Origin: a virus
Taxonomy: Duplodnaviria > Heunggongvirae > Uroviricota > Caudoviricetes
Reading direction: 5' to 3' (one strand)
IMG/VR virus record: IMGVR_UViG_2926661365_000002
DNA length: 64,000 bases
Shown: piece by piece, positions 8,919-18,746 of the stretch
Layout: every line of letters starts with the position of its first letter
Position numbering within the stretch: position 1 is the first letter of the stretch
Notes under the pieces: generated by a model
The model's input: the letters and a program-made list of their open reading frames with translations, nothing else
Database searches by the model: none
What the model was told of the DNA's origin: nothing
Translations under genes and position numbers: made by a program

Positions 8919-11267
8919 TTAGAACGACAGGAACGTCATCCGCTCGACGTGGAAGACCTCGGTTGCAGCCAGAGCCGCCCCCGTGCTGCGAATGCGCACG
9001 GCGCTGGTGTTCACGGGCAGGCTGGTCGCGTTGAAGGTGAACGTCCTGCGGATGTGCCGGAGGTCATCCCCACGGTCATCGAGCAGCTCGTCGACCACAG
9101 TCGCCGCGGTGCGGACAGCGTTCGCGTTCGTGACGTCGATCAGCGCAACGGTGAAGTCATGGTTTGCCTCCTTGAAATAATCGAGGATGGCAATGACCTG
9201 GATGCTCCGCGTGGGCGCCGGCATCGTCAGAGTGCCGGAGAAGTGCAGCATGTTCGTCGCGGGTCGGCTGACGAGGACAGAGCTGCCGGTCAGCTTGAAG
9301 CCCGGCATCAGATCCTTGGTGCCGACGAAGACAGCCCGGAAGCTGCAGAGCGCAGGCAGTCCGTTGAACGCCGCCGTGTCCAGCTCCGAGATCGTGCGCC
9401 ACGTCGGGCTACCCTGCGGCCGAACCTCGAATGCGAGGGTGCAACCGTCAGGAACGATCCCCTCGTATGCGATGTCGATATCGGTGATACCGCCCGACAG
9501 GTTGATCGAGCCAAGGTCGACCTCGAGCCGTGGGTTTTCGAACGACGCGAAGTTGGCGCGGAACATCATGTCGAGGGTGAGGTCGCCCTGGAAGAAGGCA
9601 CCGTCCGTCGAATAGAAGAGCGTTCCGGCCGCGTAAGCCACGCCGCTGGCGAGACCAACGAAGTGGTTGCCGCCCGTGACCAGGACGATCGCATAGCGCT
9701 CGCCGGCAGCCAGAGCCGTCGGCACGAAGGACACTCGAGTCCACTGTGCCGCGACGCTCGGGGAAGAACCCTTGATGATGTTCGCCGGCTGCAGCGTGGT
9801 TTCCGCAACCACCTGAGTGAGATCCGGTCGACCGGCATCCGTCTTGGTCAGCAGGACCGTCACGTTGCCGCTGGCGTCCTTGTCAGTGAAGAACAGATCC
9901 AGCGAGGTGAGCCAGCCGCCCTGAGTGTTCAGGAAGGTCTGCGCCACCATGGAGCCGTTGACCGAGAAGTCGGTGGCAACGCGCTTCTCGTAGTAAACGG
10001 TCTCGGTGTCGTACCAGAAGCGCTTGAGACGGACCCACTGGTGGTTCTTGTTCGGGTTGCCGGACTCGAACTGGTAGGTGCGGCCGAGGCGATCGGTAAA
10101 GACGCCCGAAGCGGAGTCATACCGACCGGTGCGCCAGAACTCGCTGTTCGTGCAGACACTGAACGAGCTGCCGTAGCGAATACGCGAGACGGACATAGCC
10201 ATCTGCTTATAGGCGACCGTCTGGAACTGATACTGCGAGATCGAGAGCGGCTGCCGGTAGGAGTCGACAGAGATGCGGCGGACCTGCGAATACTTCGGCA
10301 GGCACAGGCCGTTCGAAGCGACGGAGACCGACGGGTCGATCGGGTTGAACAGGGTGATCGCCGTGTTCAGCGCGTTTGCGTCGGCGAAGCGGATGCCCTC
10401 TTCAACCTTTGCGTAGTAGCCCACCTGCGAATTGTCCGACCAGCTGAGATCGTAGTTCAGGAACGAGTCCGCGCCGTAGCCGGAATAGTTATCCTTGAGC
10501 TCGAGCAGCTCCTTGATGCGGGCGACGTCCTCGAAGACGCGGGTCAGCTGACTCGTGTCAGCCGACTGCGCCAGGCGCGATGCCAGACCGGTGATGTCGG
10601 TACCGAGCGTGGTGATCTGCTCACCGGCCTGCCCCTTCCACTCTTCCAGCTCGGTTGCACGAGCATCGAGCTTCTTGATCGACATGAACTCGTTGTCGGT
10701 CGCCATCTCGATGGACTCGACGCCGGTCGTGTTGAGCGTCACCCAGCCGATGACCAGGACGTCGGTCGAAACCGTCGGCTTCTGGGGCGATGCGTTCTCG
10801 ATGCCGAACTGCGTCTGGAACTGGGCATAGCGAAGCTTCTGCATCGCAACCGACTGCGGTTCCGTCGCGCCGGTCTCGACGTCGATCAGGAAGTCGCGAG
10901 GCTCGACCTCGGTATCGACGTCAGCATTGACGACGAGGACCGCCGCAATACGCTTGGTCAGCAGCGGGAGGTTGGACAGGAAGTCCTGGTTGGTCGCCTC
11001 TTCCCGGATGTAGCGCTTGCCACCGGTCCAGTAGGTGCCGGCGTCAATGGTGATCTGCGTTGCCCCGGTCTTGGCGATCGAGAAGCCCGTATATTTCTTC
11101 TCGTCGGTCAGGCCCTCGCCGACAATGCGGTCAAGAGCCTCCTGGGCGTAAACGCCGATGTTCGAGAGGTCTCCAGACTGGAGCTCCTGCCGGTCGCGAA
11201 ACTGTACCTGCTTTTCCATGTGTTCCTCACAAGTCCGACACCCAGGTGTCGACGTTGATTGTGCCAA
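8919..11267 (-). CDS. Large tail/baseplate-distal structural protein (putative fiber or host-specificity protein)
   Basis: 782 aa located between the gpI-like gene and the fiber gene. It has an internal coiled-coil segment. No family was recognised. Confidence 0.4.
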   Translation of the reverse strand: MAQSTSTPGCRTCEEHMEKQVQFRDRQELQSGDLSNIGVYAQEALDRIVGEGLTDEKKYTGFSIAKTGATQITIDAGTYWTGGKRYIREEATNQDFLSNLPLLTKRIAAVLVVNADVDTEVEPRDFLIDVETGATEPQSVAMQKLRYAQFQTQFGIENASPQKPTVSTDVLVIGWVTLNTTGVESIEMATDNEFMSIKKLDARATELEEWKGQAGEQITTLGTDITGLASRLAQSADTSQLTRVFEDVARIKELLELKDNYSGYGADSFLNYDLSWSDNSQVGYYAKVEEGIRFADANALNTAITLFNPIDPSVSVASNGLCLPKYSQVRRISVDSYRQPLSISQYQFQTVAYKQMAMSVSRIRYGSSFSVCTNSEFWRTGRYDSASGVFTDRLGRTYQFESGNPNKNHQWVRLKRFWYDTETVYYEKRVATDFSVNGSMVAQTFLNTQGGWLTSLDLFFTDKDASGNVTVLLTKTDAGRPDLTQVVAETTLQPANIIKGSSPSVAAQWTRVSFVPTALAAGERYAIVLVTGGNHFVGLASGVAYAAGTLFYSTDGAFFQGDLTLDMMFRANFASFENPRLEVDLGSINLSGGITDIDIAYEGIVPDGCTLAFEVRPQGSPTWRTISELDTAAFNGLPALCSFRAVFVGTKDLMPGFKLTGSSVLVSRPATNMLHFSGTLTMPAPTRSIQVIAILDYFKEANHDFTVALIDVTNANAVRTAATVVDELLDDRGDDLRHIRRTFTFNATSLPVNTSAVRIRSTGAALAATEVFHVERMTFLSF

Positions 11268-12522
11268 TCGAGATGCGGTCAGCGACGGTGGCTGGCCTCA
11301 TGGTCTTGGCGGTGACGTTGATTTTGTCGCGCAGCGACTTCGAGAGCCGCACCGCTTCAATCGTGTTGGTTAGCTTCGCCTTGCTGGTCTTCACGAAGAA
11401 CCCGTTGACGAACTGCTGGACGGCGAAGCGGGAGATCCTCCCTTGCGACTGGATTTTCAGGCTCGCGTGGAAAGGCGGCATGCCGAGCCGGACAGCGCCG
11501 ATGAAGGTTCGAGCCCCGCGCTTGTCGACCTGCCGGTCCCTGTCGTGCAGGAAGATCTGATCGAAGATGCGCAGCCCTGCGGACGTGGCCGGCAGGAATG
11601 TCCGCTTGATCCCGTCGTCGGGTCGGTTGATCGACTGGGGCCTAACAGATCTCGCCGCCGGGAAGAGCTGGCCGATGTTGCGCTGCCCCCGGACATACTG
11701 CTTGCGGGGGCGGACAGAGACGGGATCCTCGGTCGGCAGAACAGAGGTCAGGTGGTATTCGCTGATCTGCTCGAGATAGGTCGTGTCCATCTCGACCGAG
11801 TAGCGCCGCCCACTGGCCCCTGTATCGACCGTGTAGGTCTTAGCCTTGGGCGGTGCCCCCACGAATGCAGCGACCCCTGCCGAGCCGGGGAGATCCACTT
11901 CGTCGAAGACGACAGCGCCTCTCTCCTCCAGCTCCACCGTGCGCTGGACACGGCGCACCGGGATCTCTCGGCCCACCTCCGGGTCAAAGACAAAGACTCG
12001 AGGTCCAACTCGAGTTGCTGCATCCGAGACGAAGGGGAAAGCCTTGCCGCCCGGGAATAGCCGGGGAAGCCGGTAGCCGCTGCAGAGGTAGGCGCCGAAC
12101 TGGGCAATCCCCCTCTCCCGGTAGGAATAGAAGCGGAGCTGCTTGAACCGAGCGAGGTAGTTTTCACGCTCGACCTTGGTCAGTGTCGGGTCTGGGTAGG
12201 CTGCATCCGGTGGCCGGCGAACGCCGACGACAAGGGAGTCGAAGTAGCGGACCGCTTCCCGGATGCCGGCCAGGGTTCCCTTCTTCGAGTGCAGGCGGAA
12301 CCATGCCTTGGCCACCGCGCGCTTGCGCTCCAGGGGCCAGTTGCGATCCCAGAGATCCGTGGACACGCCCCATGCAATGAAGGGAACGAAGTCGGGGGGA
12401 GTGACTTCCGGATCGTCGATCGATCGAAGGTCGAACTGGACTTCGAACGCCCGGACCATCGCCTCTTCCACCGTCTTGCGCAGCGGCGAAACGTTGCTCG
12501 GGTGGAGAGGCTTGAACGTCAT
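11227..12522 (-). CDS. Baseplate protein, P2 gpI-like
   Basis: 431 aa. N-terminal motifs FIAWGVSTDLWDRNWPLERKRAVAKAWFRLHSKKGT match the tail-protein-I family pattern (W..S.D.WD..W....KR.....H..KGT). It sits downstream of the gpJ-like gene. Confidence 0.65.
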   Translation of the reverse strand: MTFKPLHPSNVSPLRKTVEEAMVRAFEVQFDLRSIDDPEVTPPDFVPFIAWGVSTDLWDRNWPLERKRAVAKAWFRLHSKKGTLAGIREAVRYFDSLVVGVRRPPDAAYPDPTLTKVERENYLARFKQLRFYSYRERGIAQFGAYLCSGYRLPRLFPGGKAFPFVSDAATRVGPRVFVFDPEVGREIPVRRVQRTVELEERGAVVFDEVDLPGSAGVAAFVGAPPKAKTYTVDTGASGRRYSVEMDTTYLEQISEYHLTSVLPTEDPVSVRPRKQYVRGQRNIGQLFPAARSVRPQSINRPDDGIKRTFLPATSAGLRIFDQIFLHDRDRQVDKRGARTFIGAVRLGMPPFHASLKIQSQGRISRFAVQQFVNGFFVKTSKAKLTNTIEAVRLSKSLRDKINVTAKTMRPATVADRISIGTINVDTWVSDL

Positions 12523-13439
12523 GTGTCAACTCCTGTGACGGTCACGCTGACCGACGAGATCTGGATTGCCTGACGCTGGTCGATGACGATGTCCTGTGCC
12601 GGCGAAATGAGCCGAGCACCCATGACCCCCTCGACGTGAAGCTTGGAGAACAGGGCCGAGCGCGACAGGTTGCGGCCGAGATAGGCGTTGGCGAGGAGGA
12701 AGGCGTTGAGCTGGTCGACCGCCTTCTGCCGGACCACGTTGCCGTCCGGGCCCGGGTAGATCGTCAGCTCTGCCACGATGGGGGTTGAGACCACCTGCGG
12801 GGCATTCACCGAGACCATGTCGGTGAGCGGGCGGGCATCCTCCTCGCTCAGCGCGAGGGCAACCGCCGCGATCTGGGCGTTGCTGGGGATCGGGTCGGCA
12901 TAGGACTTCAACAGCGTGACCGTCACCTTGCCAGGGCTCTGCGTGATGGCAGAGGCGTCCCGCAAGGTCGGGTCCGCTGTCAGAGCGTAATAGACATAGG
13001 CACCTGCCGGCCCGGCGCTGGAGAAGGCCTCCATGCGCAAGAGGATGCGGCGGCGGAACCGCTCGTCCGCCTCCATGACGGCAGCCGTGTTGGCTGTCGC
13101 AGCCTGCACCACGAGGCGCACGACGCCGTAGTTGGCCGCGATGTGGTCAAGGTCGGAACCGGTGGCGAACGCGAGCAGGCGGGCCACTGCCGCGTCGTTG
13201 ATGCGCGCTCTGATCTTCAACTCACGGGCCGCAGCCACCTCGAAGGCGACGGCGACCGGGTCGGACTCGAGGTTGAGCGTCGTGATCTCGGGGAGCGTGG
13301 GCCGGGCCACCCGCTTCTCTGCCCACTTGACGAGGAAGTCGGAGACCATCTCGTCATAGATGGTTTCGACGTTCAACTCCTGCACGAGCTTCGGGGGAGC
13401 GAGCTGGGACAGGTCGACGTTGGTGCTGGTGGTGCTCAT
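12519..13439 (-). CDS. Baseplate J-like protein (P2 gpJ / Mu gp47)
   Basis: 306 aa (P2 J is 302 aa). The conserved baseplate order is W-J-I, and the gene overlaps its neighbours (ATGA). Confidence 0.7.
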   Translation of the reverse strand: MSTTSTNVDLSQLAPPKLVQELNVETIYDEMVSDFLVKWAEKRVARPTLPEITTLNLESDPVAVAFEVAAARELKIRARINDAAVARLLAFATGSDLDHIAANYGVVRLVVQAATANTAAVMEADERFRRRILLRMEAFSSAGPAGAYVYYALTADPTLRDASAITQSPGKVTVTLLKSYADPIPSNAQIAAVALALSEEDARPLTDMVSVNAPQVVSTPIVAELTIYPGPDGNVVRQKAVDQLNAFLLANAYLGRNLSRSALFSKLHVEGVMGARLISPAQDIVIDQRQAIQISSVSVTVTGVDT

Positions 13440-13861
13440 TGCATGACCTCGACTGTGATGCCGGACCCCGTGTCGGTGATCGCGAACGAGAGCGTCTGCT
13501 CAGTGGGGTTGCTGTAGTCGCCGAGGTGGCCGTTCTCGAAGAAGACGCCGCCGAGGGACAGGATGACGTGCCCCGGCTCGCTGGCGTCCAGGCTGGTCCG
13601 GAGAAGGACGAAGCCCGGCTCGCCATACTGGCGCCCTTCCACCACTCGCGGCTCGAGGGCCTCGGCGACGGCCGAGTAGATGTCGATGATCGTCTCGATG
13701 TTCTGAGGGCGATCGATCATTCTGGTCAGCTCTGACCCGAAGGTGCGCCGCTGGACCCTCAAGCCGATCTCGGTCTCGAGGATCTCCCGCATCGACTGAA
13801 CGCAATGGCTCCAGCCGTAGATGAGCTGGCCGGTCTCCGCATTCACGCCGACACGGGCCAT
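13436..13861 (-). CDS. Baseplate wedge protein gpW / gp25-like
   Basis: 141 aa immediately upstream of the J-like gene. Size and position fit the GPW_gp25 family. Confidence 0.55.
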   Translation of the reverse strand: MARVGVNAETGQLIYGWSHCVQSMREILETEIGLRVQRRTFGSELTRMIDRPQNIETIIDIYSAVAEALEPRVVEGRQYGEPGFVLLRTSLDASEPGHVILSLGGVFFENGHLGDYSNPTEQTLSFAITDTGSGITVEVMQ

Positions 13862-13863
13862 GC

Positions 13864-14028
13864 TTACTTGTCCTTCTTCTCGTCCTTGGCGGCGGGGGCG
13901 ACGTCGGTGACGTGCCCGGCCATCACGAGATACTTGGCCTGGTCATCGGTCATCTTGCCGACGGACTCGCCGACCTTGCGGTAGGCGCCTTCGATGAAGC
14001 CTTCGACGGCTGCGTAATAAGTCTTCAC
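13864..14028 (-). CDS. Unlisted small ORF (54 aa, GTG start)
   Basis: Lies in the 180-nt gap between the Cys-rich gene and the gpW-like gene. It has an AGGAG RBS 7-12 nt upstream of GTG, reads VKTYYAAVEGFIEGAYRKVGESVGKMTDDQAKYLVMAGHVTDVAPAAKDEKKDK, and ends in TAA. Confidence 0.35.
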   Translation of the reverse strand: MKTYYAAVEGFIEGAYRKVGESVGKMTDDQAKYLVMAGHVTDVAPAAKDEKKDK

Positions 14029-14040
14029 GGGATGCTCCTG

Positions 14041-14373
14041 TCAGTTGGGGAGGTCGGGCAGCGCGACTGTCTGGCCCGAGAGGTGGTGGGTGCAGTCGGG
14101 CAGGAACTGGATCTGCCCGCTGCGGACGAAGGAGTGGCAGCAGTGCGCGACGTCCTTCGACTCGTCGTCGAACTCTTCCGGCACATTGCTTGGCTCTTTC
14201 CAGGTGACGTGGATGGACGGCTCGAACGTCGGGGACTCCGCGTTCCCGTCGAACCGCCACCGGGGACCAGGTCCGGCCCCGATGGTGATCTGATGGATCT
14301 CCCGGCACCCCGGGCAGTAGAAGGCCAGCCGGCCACCTTGCAGGCTTCGCAGCTTGCTCGAGATCTGTGCCAT
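14041..14373 (-). CDS. Cys/His-rich putative zinc-binding protein embedded in the baseplate operon
   Basis: 110 aa. Ligand-like spacing: CPGC...H...H...HCCH...C.HH. It sits between the gpV spike and gpW. Confidence 0.5.
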   Translation of the reverse strand: MAQISSKLRSLQGGRLAFYCPGCREIHQITIGAGPGPRWRFDGNAESPTFEPSIHVTWKEPSNVPEEFDDESKDVAHCCHSFVRSGQIQFLPDCTHHLSGQTVALPDLPN

Positions 14374-14385
14374 GGAGGGCTCCGC

Positions 14386-14925
14386 TTAGCTGGGGACGCC
14401 CGGAGGTCCAGGCGGCGCAGTGACGTGCGTGTGGGTGGAACCGACGTTCTTGTCGTTGTGCCGCAGGCTCGAGCCGTTGATCTGGACGTCGCCATCGATG
14501 AGGACGTTGCCCTTGATCGTGAAGGTGGGCGTCTCGACCATGTAGCCAGAGGCGCTACCGGTGAGCTTGGTGTTGCCGATCACCCGGCCGAACATGGCCC
14601 CTTCCGCGAAGGGCTGCCCCACCTGCTCGGTGTAGCCACCGGGGAGGAGGAAGCCGCGCCCCATGTCGCCGTTCGGCGAGAACATCATCATGCGCTGGTT
14701 AACCGCGGGCGGCTCCCAGTCGACGACGTCCCCTGCCTGCTGCAGCCATGGGATCGGGGGAGACACGACACCGTGGGCGTCCACGATCGCCATGCCGGTG
14801 GCTGGGTCCACTTCCAGAACCTTGGCCTCACGGATCATATTGTTGATCCGCATTTGCTGGCGCTGGACGACACGCTCGAGGTGGACAAGGCGCTTGATCA
14901 GCTGAGCGAAAAGCGCCTCCGACAT
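14386..14925 (-). CDS. Baseplate spike protein gpV-like (Mu gp45-like)
   Basis: 179 aa. The C-terminus GNVLIDGDVQINGSSLRHNDKNVGSTHTHVTAPPGPPGVP matches the gpV family apex pattern. Confidence 0.75.
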   Translation of the reverse strand: MSEALFAQLIKRLVHLERVVQRQQMRINNMIREAKVLEVDPATGMAIVDAHGVVSPPIPWLQQAGDVVDWEPPAVNQRMMMFSPNGDMGRGFLLPGGYTEQVGQPFAEGAMFGRVIGNTKLTGSASGYMVETPTFTIKGNVLIDGDVQINGSSLRHNDKNVGSTHTHVTAPPGPPGVPS

Positions 14926-15695
14926 CAGGGTGTCCCTCCCGTCGGGGTCAGGAACACGATGTTCGGGGGCAGGACGCCGCCGGGGCTCCTGGGGGTGCCG
15001 AGGATGTCGAGCACCCTGTTGGTGTAGCCGAAGGTCCGGGAATAGACCTCGCCGTCCGGGCCGTTCGTGATGTAGTCCATCATGCCCCGGAGATCGTCGA
15101 CCGTCTGGGAGTAGTCGCTGAACGTCTCCATCCTCTGGAGGAAGGTCTCAACGGTGGGATGAACCAGGCCCGTCACCTGCTCTCGCAGGCACTTCATTTC
15201 CAGGGTGATCTGGCGCGCTGCCAAGCGCTGCCCTCCCTCGATCGACGCGCCACGGCGGGAGATGACGTTGGTGCAGGTCACGTTCAGATGGTTGAAGAGC
15301 TGCGCGGCCGGGTTGTCAGCCTGCAGCGCCCTCAAGGCCTGATGCTCGAAGGCGTCGAGCGTGATCTCGATCTCTGGGTCAGTGACCGGGCAGTCGAGCG
15401 AATAGGACGCCATCTCCCCGGAGCTCTCGACCTTGGCGGCTTGCACCACCAGCAGCTCGAGCGTGACCGTCAGCATGCGGTCCTTGAAGGTGCCGCCACC
15501 CTTGTTCCAGTGCTGGCTGTCGTAGTCGGTGTAGACCACGCAACAGGGGAACGCGCGATCGGCTGCCATGTCTTCGACCGGCTCGATCTTGGAATCGAAG
15601 ATGTTCGGCCCGGCCAGTGTCGGCCACGGGGCCTGCATGAAATTGTTCAGGGCGCAGACGGCTGCCAGCCGCGTCAGAACACGATTGATGGTCAT
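14925..15695 (-). CDS. Hypothetical structural protein (neck/tail completion candidate)
   Basis: 256 aa between the head genes and the baseplate genes. Assignment is by position only. Confidence 0.35.
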   Translation of the reverse strand: MTINRVLTRLAAVCALNNFMQAPWPTLAGPNIFDSKIEPVEDMAADRAFPCCVVYTDYDSQHWNKGGGTFKDRMLTVTLELLVVQAAKVESSGEMASYSLDCPVTDPEIEITLDAFEHQALRALQADNPAAQLFNHLNVTCTNVISRRGASIEGGQRLAARQITLEMKCLREQVTGLVHPTVETFLQRMETFSDYSQTVDDLRGMMDYITNGPDGEVYSRTFGYTNRVLDILGTPRSPGGVLPPNIVFLTPTGGTP

Positions 15696-16114
15696 CCCTG
15701 CGCTCCTCTTTGTGCCAGCATCAGAACCAACCTCGACATGCCGTCACGCTGGGCGGAGGTCACGTCGAACTCGGGAAGCTCCGGGCGGTCAGGGAACGAC
15801 ACGATGTCGCCCTGCTTGGGCTCCTGGACGCCGATGGGGAAATAGATGCGGTCGACGGATAGCTGCGGGTCTCTGCCTGCATGCAGAGAGCGAAGGTCGT
15901 TCGCCTCTCGGTAGGACTTACGGACGCCGAGCTGAATGCCGAACTCGGTGGAGAAGTAGTCGAAGATCCCCTTGCCCCGGATCACCTGTCGGTTCGGGTC
16001 AGGCATGGGCCGACCATTCGGGGTCGACACATACGGGGTGAGTTCGAAGGAGATCGCGTTGGTTCTGTCGACCGTCCTGCTCAGCATGCGGTCAAGACGG
16101 TCGAAGATGGCCAT
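15692..16114 (-). CDS. Hypothetical structural protein (head-tail adaptor candidate)
   Basis: 140 aa. Assignment is by position only. Confidence 0.35.
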   Translation of the reverse strand: MAIFDRLDRMLSRTVDRTNAISFELTPYVSTPNGRPMPDPNRQVIRGKGIFDYFSTEFGIQLGVRKSYREANDLRSLHAGRDPQLSVDRIYFPIGVQEPKQGDIVSFPDRPELPEFDVTSAQRDGMSRLVLMLAQRGAQG

Positions 16115-16130
16115 CGCGATCTCCCTATGA

Positions 16131-16460
16131 TCAGAAGTTGTCGTTCAGGCGAACCTGGGCGTTCACATCGCCGGCAGCGGCGACCGCGGTGGTTGCGCCG
16201 ACCTTGGTGTTGCCGGAGGCAACGGAGGTCATGAGACCGGCCGGAGTGGCGTAGACGTCAGCGCCTTCCGCGAAGGTGTTGCCGGCCACCTTTTCGAGGC
16301 CATAGACACCACCGCACTCGAGGTCGAACTTGGCGCCTGCGACTGCCGACTGATGGGCCACGCCGAAGAACGCGCCGATCTTGTAGAACTTGCCGGACAC
16401 GACGCCACCCGCCGGAGCGGTCAGGGTGAGGGTCTTCCCGGGCTGGACAAAAGTCTTCAT
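16131..16460 (-). CDS. DUF2190-like capsid-associated protein (head decoration/scaffold candidate)
   Basis: 109 aa. The N-terminus MKTFVQPGKTLTLTAP...SGKFYKIGAFFGVA is characteristic. It lies directly downstream of the capsid gene. Confidence 0.55.
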   Translation of the reverse strand: MKTFVQPGKTLTLTAPAGGVVSGKFYKIGAFFGVAHQSAVAGAKFDLECGGVYGLEKVAGNTFAEGADVYATPAGLMTSVASGNTKVGATTAVAAAGDVNAQVRLNDNF

Positions 16461-16477
16461 GGGGGTTTCTCCCGTTT

Positions 16478-16516
16478 CAAGAAAAAGAAAACGCCGGCCT
16501 GGTGAGAGCCGGCGTC
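16478..16516 (-). terminator. Rho-independent terminator after the capsid gene
   Basis: On the minus strand: CGCCGGC tctcaccag GCCGGCG stem followed by TTTTCTTTTTCTT. Confidence 0.5.
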
Positions 16517-16541
16517 GTGGTCAGGTCCGATCGCTAGGCGA

Positions 16542-18746
16542 TCAGTTGCCCGGGTTGCTGTAGCCGAAGCGGTAGTCCGTCAGACCAGCACCGAAGTAGT
16601 GGTCGAGGCGGTACTCGACGCCGTCGTATTCGAAGCCGTAGCGCTCCATGGTGCGCGGCGCTTCGTAGCCCGAGAGGTACGAATACTGCAGGCCGCGGCC
16701 GAGGGTCTGCTGCGGGGTCGCGAACAGGTACCAGGCCTTGGAGGACTTCCGGTCGATGCGGGACTCGTAGACCGGCTGCAGCGACTTGACCGCCTGGGGG
16801 ACGACCTGGTCGGGAGTGGTCGGCGAGGTGATGCCCTGGATGAGCTTCTGCGCCGGCACTTCGTTGTCCGTACCCACGAAGAGGTAGGTCGGAGCAATCG
16901 AGATCTGCTGGCCGTCGATGTCCTTCATCTTGCGGAAGGCCACGCGGCCGGCGACAAGAGCGGCTTCGGTCAGAGCGGTACCGGCGACCAGGTTGCCGCG
17001 GCTGGCGTGGAACAGTTCCAGCTGGTCGCTCTTGAGCTTCATGTTGTCGAGAACGACCGACCACACGATGTTGCCCTCGAGGCGAGCAACGACACGGCCC
17101 CAGTTGGCGATGACGTTCGCGAACGCGCCGAGCTGGTCGTTGATGATCATGGCCTCGGTGAGACCGATGATCTTACCGAAGTGGCGGATCGAGAAGCCTT
17201 CCTGGCTTTCCTTGATCGTGCCACGGCGGTACTCGCCCTTCTCGGTCAGTTCCTCGAGCTCGGGGCCGTTACCCATCTCGAGCACCTTCACCTCACGCAG
17301 GTCCGGCATGACGTTCCGGCTTGCGATGAGCTGGAACGTGTTCTGCTCCTGCTCGAGGGTGTAGGCGTTCATCATCGTCTGGCGGGTGATTTCGCCGAGG
17401 ATGATCGGGAAGTCCGAGGTCGAGTGCAGCGAACGCTTCACGATGTCGACCGGAGCACCGCGCCAGTTTTCGCCGCGCTGCATCAGCAGCTCACGGCCGA
17501 TGTCAACCAGCGACATCGAGCGATAAAGCTCAGCGCCGGCAATCAGCGTCTGGGTCAGGGCGGAGCGGTGCATGATGGCGTTCACCATCAGGCCACGGGT
17601 CGTTTCCTGCGCATCGCGCATGCCGCGAGTGCTGGAGATCGGGAAGGTCGGCGCGGTGTTCTCACGCTTGATCAGGTGATCGAGCAGAGCGGCACGGAAG
17701 GCGTCGGTGTCCTGGCCGGTGGAGATGGCCGTGCGGACGAAGTCTTCCGTTTCGGAAACGCCGGCTTCACGAGCGAGGCTGGAGATCTCGGAGGCGCGCT
17801 TGCGCTCCCGCTCCTGTGCAGCGCGGACGGCAGTGTCGACGTCGGCAGTGGTCAGGCCGTTGACCGGCTGAGTCTGCTCGTTGCGGGACTGCGTCTGCTG
17901 GGTCTGCTGAGCCTGCTGGGTGAGTTCCGCAGCGCGCTGAGCTGCAGCCTCGCCCTCGGCCCGGACGCGGTCTTCCTCGTCGTAGGCCTCGAGGAGGCGC
18001 TTGCTCAGCGCGTCGTCGGTTTCGTTCTCGTTGCGGACCAGTCCTGCGCCCAGGGCGAGGACTTCGAGTTCCTTGCCCTTGAGGGTCTTGGCGGCTGCGC
18101 GCTTGTTCATGGGGGTCTCCTTTGTGGGTGCCGCTTCGCGGACGGGTTCTTGGACTTCGTCATCGGCCTGACGGATCAGGACGACCTCGTAGCTGTCTTC
18201 TCGCCTGCGCTCGTCGTCGGAACGAGTGTAGGCATTCGGGTCCGCCGGGATGGGGACAGCGGAAATCTCAAGCGGCTCCCAGTCCGTTGCTCGCAACGTC
18301 GGGAGAGCTTTGTCGCTGCCCTCGGCTTTCTCGAATTTGTGGATCCGGTAGCCCACCGAAATTGGGATCGGGTGGCCATCCAGAAGGTCTTGGAAAAGGG
18401 TGTCGCCCAGGCCGCTCCGGGAGAACTTCACCGTTGCGTAGCCCTTCTTCCCTTCGATGCGGACGGATTCGGGGACGATGGTTCCGAGCCGGTTCGCCAT
18501 AGACCAGTTGTCGTGGGAATCGAGGAGGGACATGCCACCCCGGAACCGATCCATCCGGATCGCCTTCGGGTCGCATGCGAGGACTTCCATGTAGTCCCCC
18601 TCGTTCCAGGTGCGGCGGCGAACAGGGTGCTCAGTCGTCCAAACGACCTCGACCGTGCGCTCCGCTTCGTTGACCGTATCCTTGCGAACTTCGACGTCAG
18701 CGAAGCTCCGCGGAATACGGATCGTTTCCTCAAGAGCTTTCGGCAT
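16542..18746 (-). CDS. Fused prohead protease (HK97/U35-like) - scaffold-like coiled coil - major capsid protein
   Basis: 734 aa. An N-terminal approximately 180-aa protease-like domain is followed by an Ala/Glu/Gln-rich coiled coil and a C-terminal approximately 400-aa HK97-fold capsid-like region. Confidence 0.7.
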   Translation of the reverse strand: MPKALEETIRIPRSFADVEVRKDTVNEAERTVEVVWTTEHPVRRRTWNEGDYMEVLACDPKAIRMDRFRGGMSLLDSHDNWSMANRLGTIVPESVRIEGKKGYATVKFSRSGLGDTLFQDLLDGHPIPISVGYRIHKFEKAEGSDKALPTLRATDWEPLEISAVPIPADPNAYTRSDDERRREDSYEVVLIRQADDEVQEPVREAAPTKETPMNKRAAAKTLKGKELEVLALGAGLVRNENETDDALSKRLLEAYDEEDRVRAEGEAAAQRAAELTQQAQQTQQTQSRNEQTQPVNGLTTADVDTAVRAAQERERKRASEISSLAREAGVSETEDFVRTAISTGQDTDAFRAALLDHLIKRENTAPTFPISSTRGMRDAQETTRGLMVNAIMHRSALTQTLIAGAELYRSMSLVDIGRELLMQRGENWRGAPVDIVKRSLHSTSDFPIILGEITRQTMMNAYTLEQEQNTFQLIASRNVMPDLREVKVLEMGNGPELEELTEKGEYRRGTIKESQEGFSIRHFGKIIGLTEAMIINDQLGAFANVIANWGRVVARLEGNIVWSVVLDNMKLKSDQLELFHASRGNLVAGTALTEAALVAGRVAFRKMKDIDGQQISIAPTYLFVGTDNEVPAQKLIQGITSPTTPDQVVPQAVKSLQPVYESRIDRKSSKAWYLFATPQQTLGRGLQYSYLSGYEAPRTMERYGFEYDGVEYRLDHYFGAGLTDYRFGYSNPGN

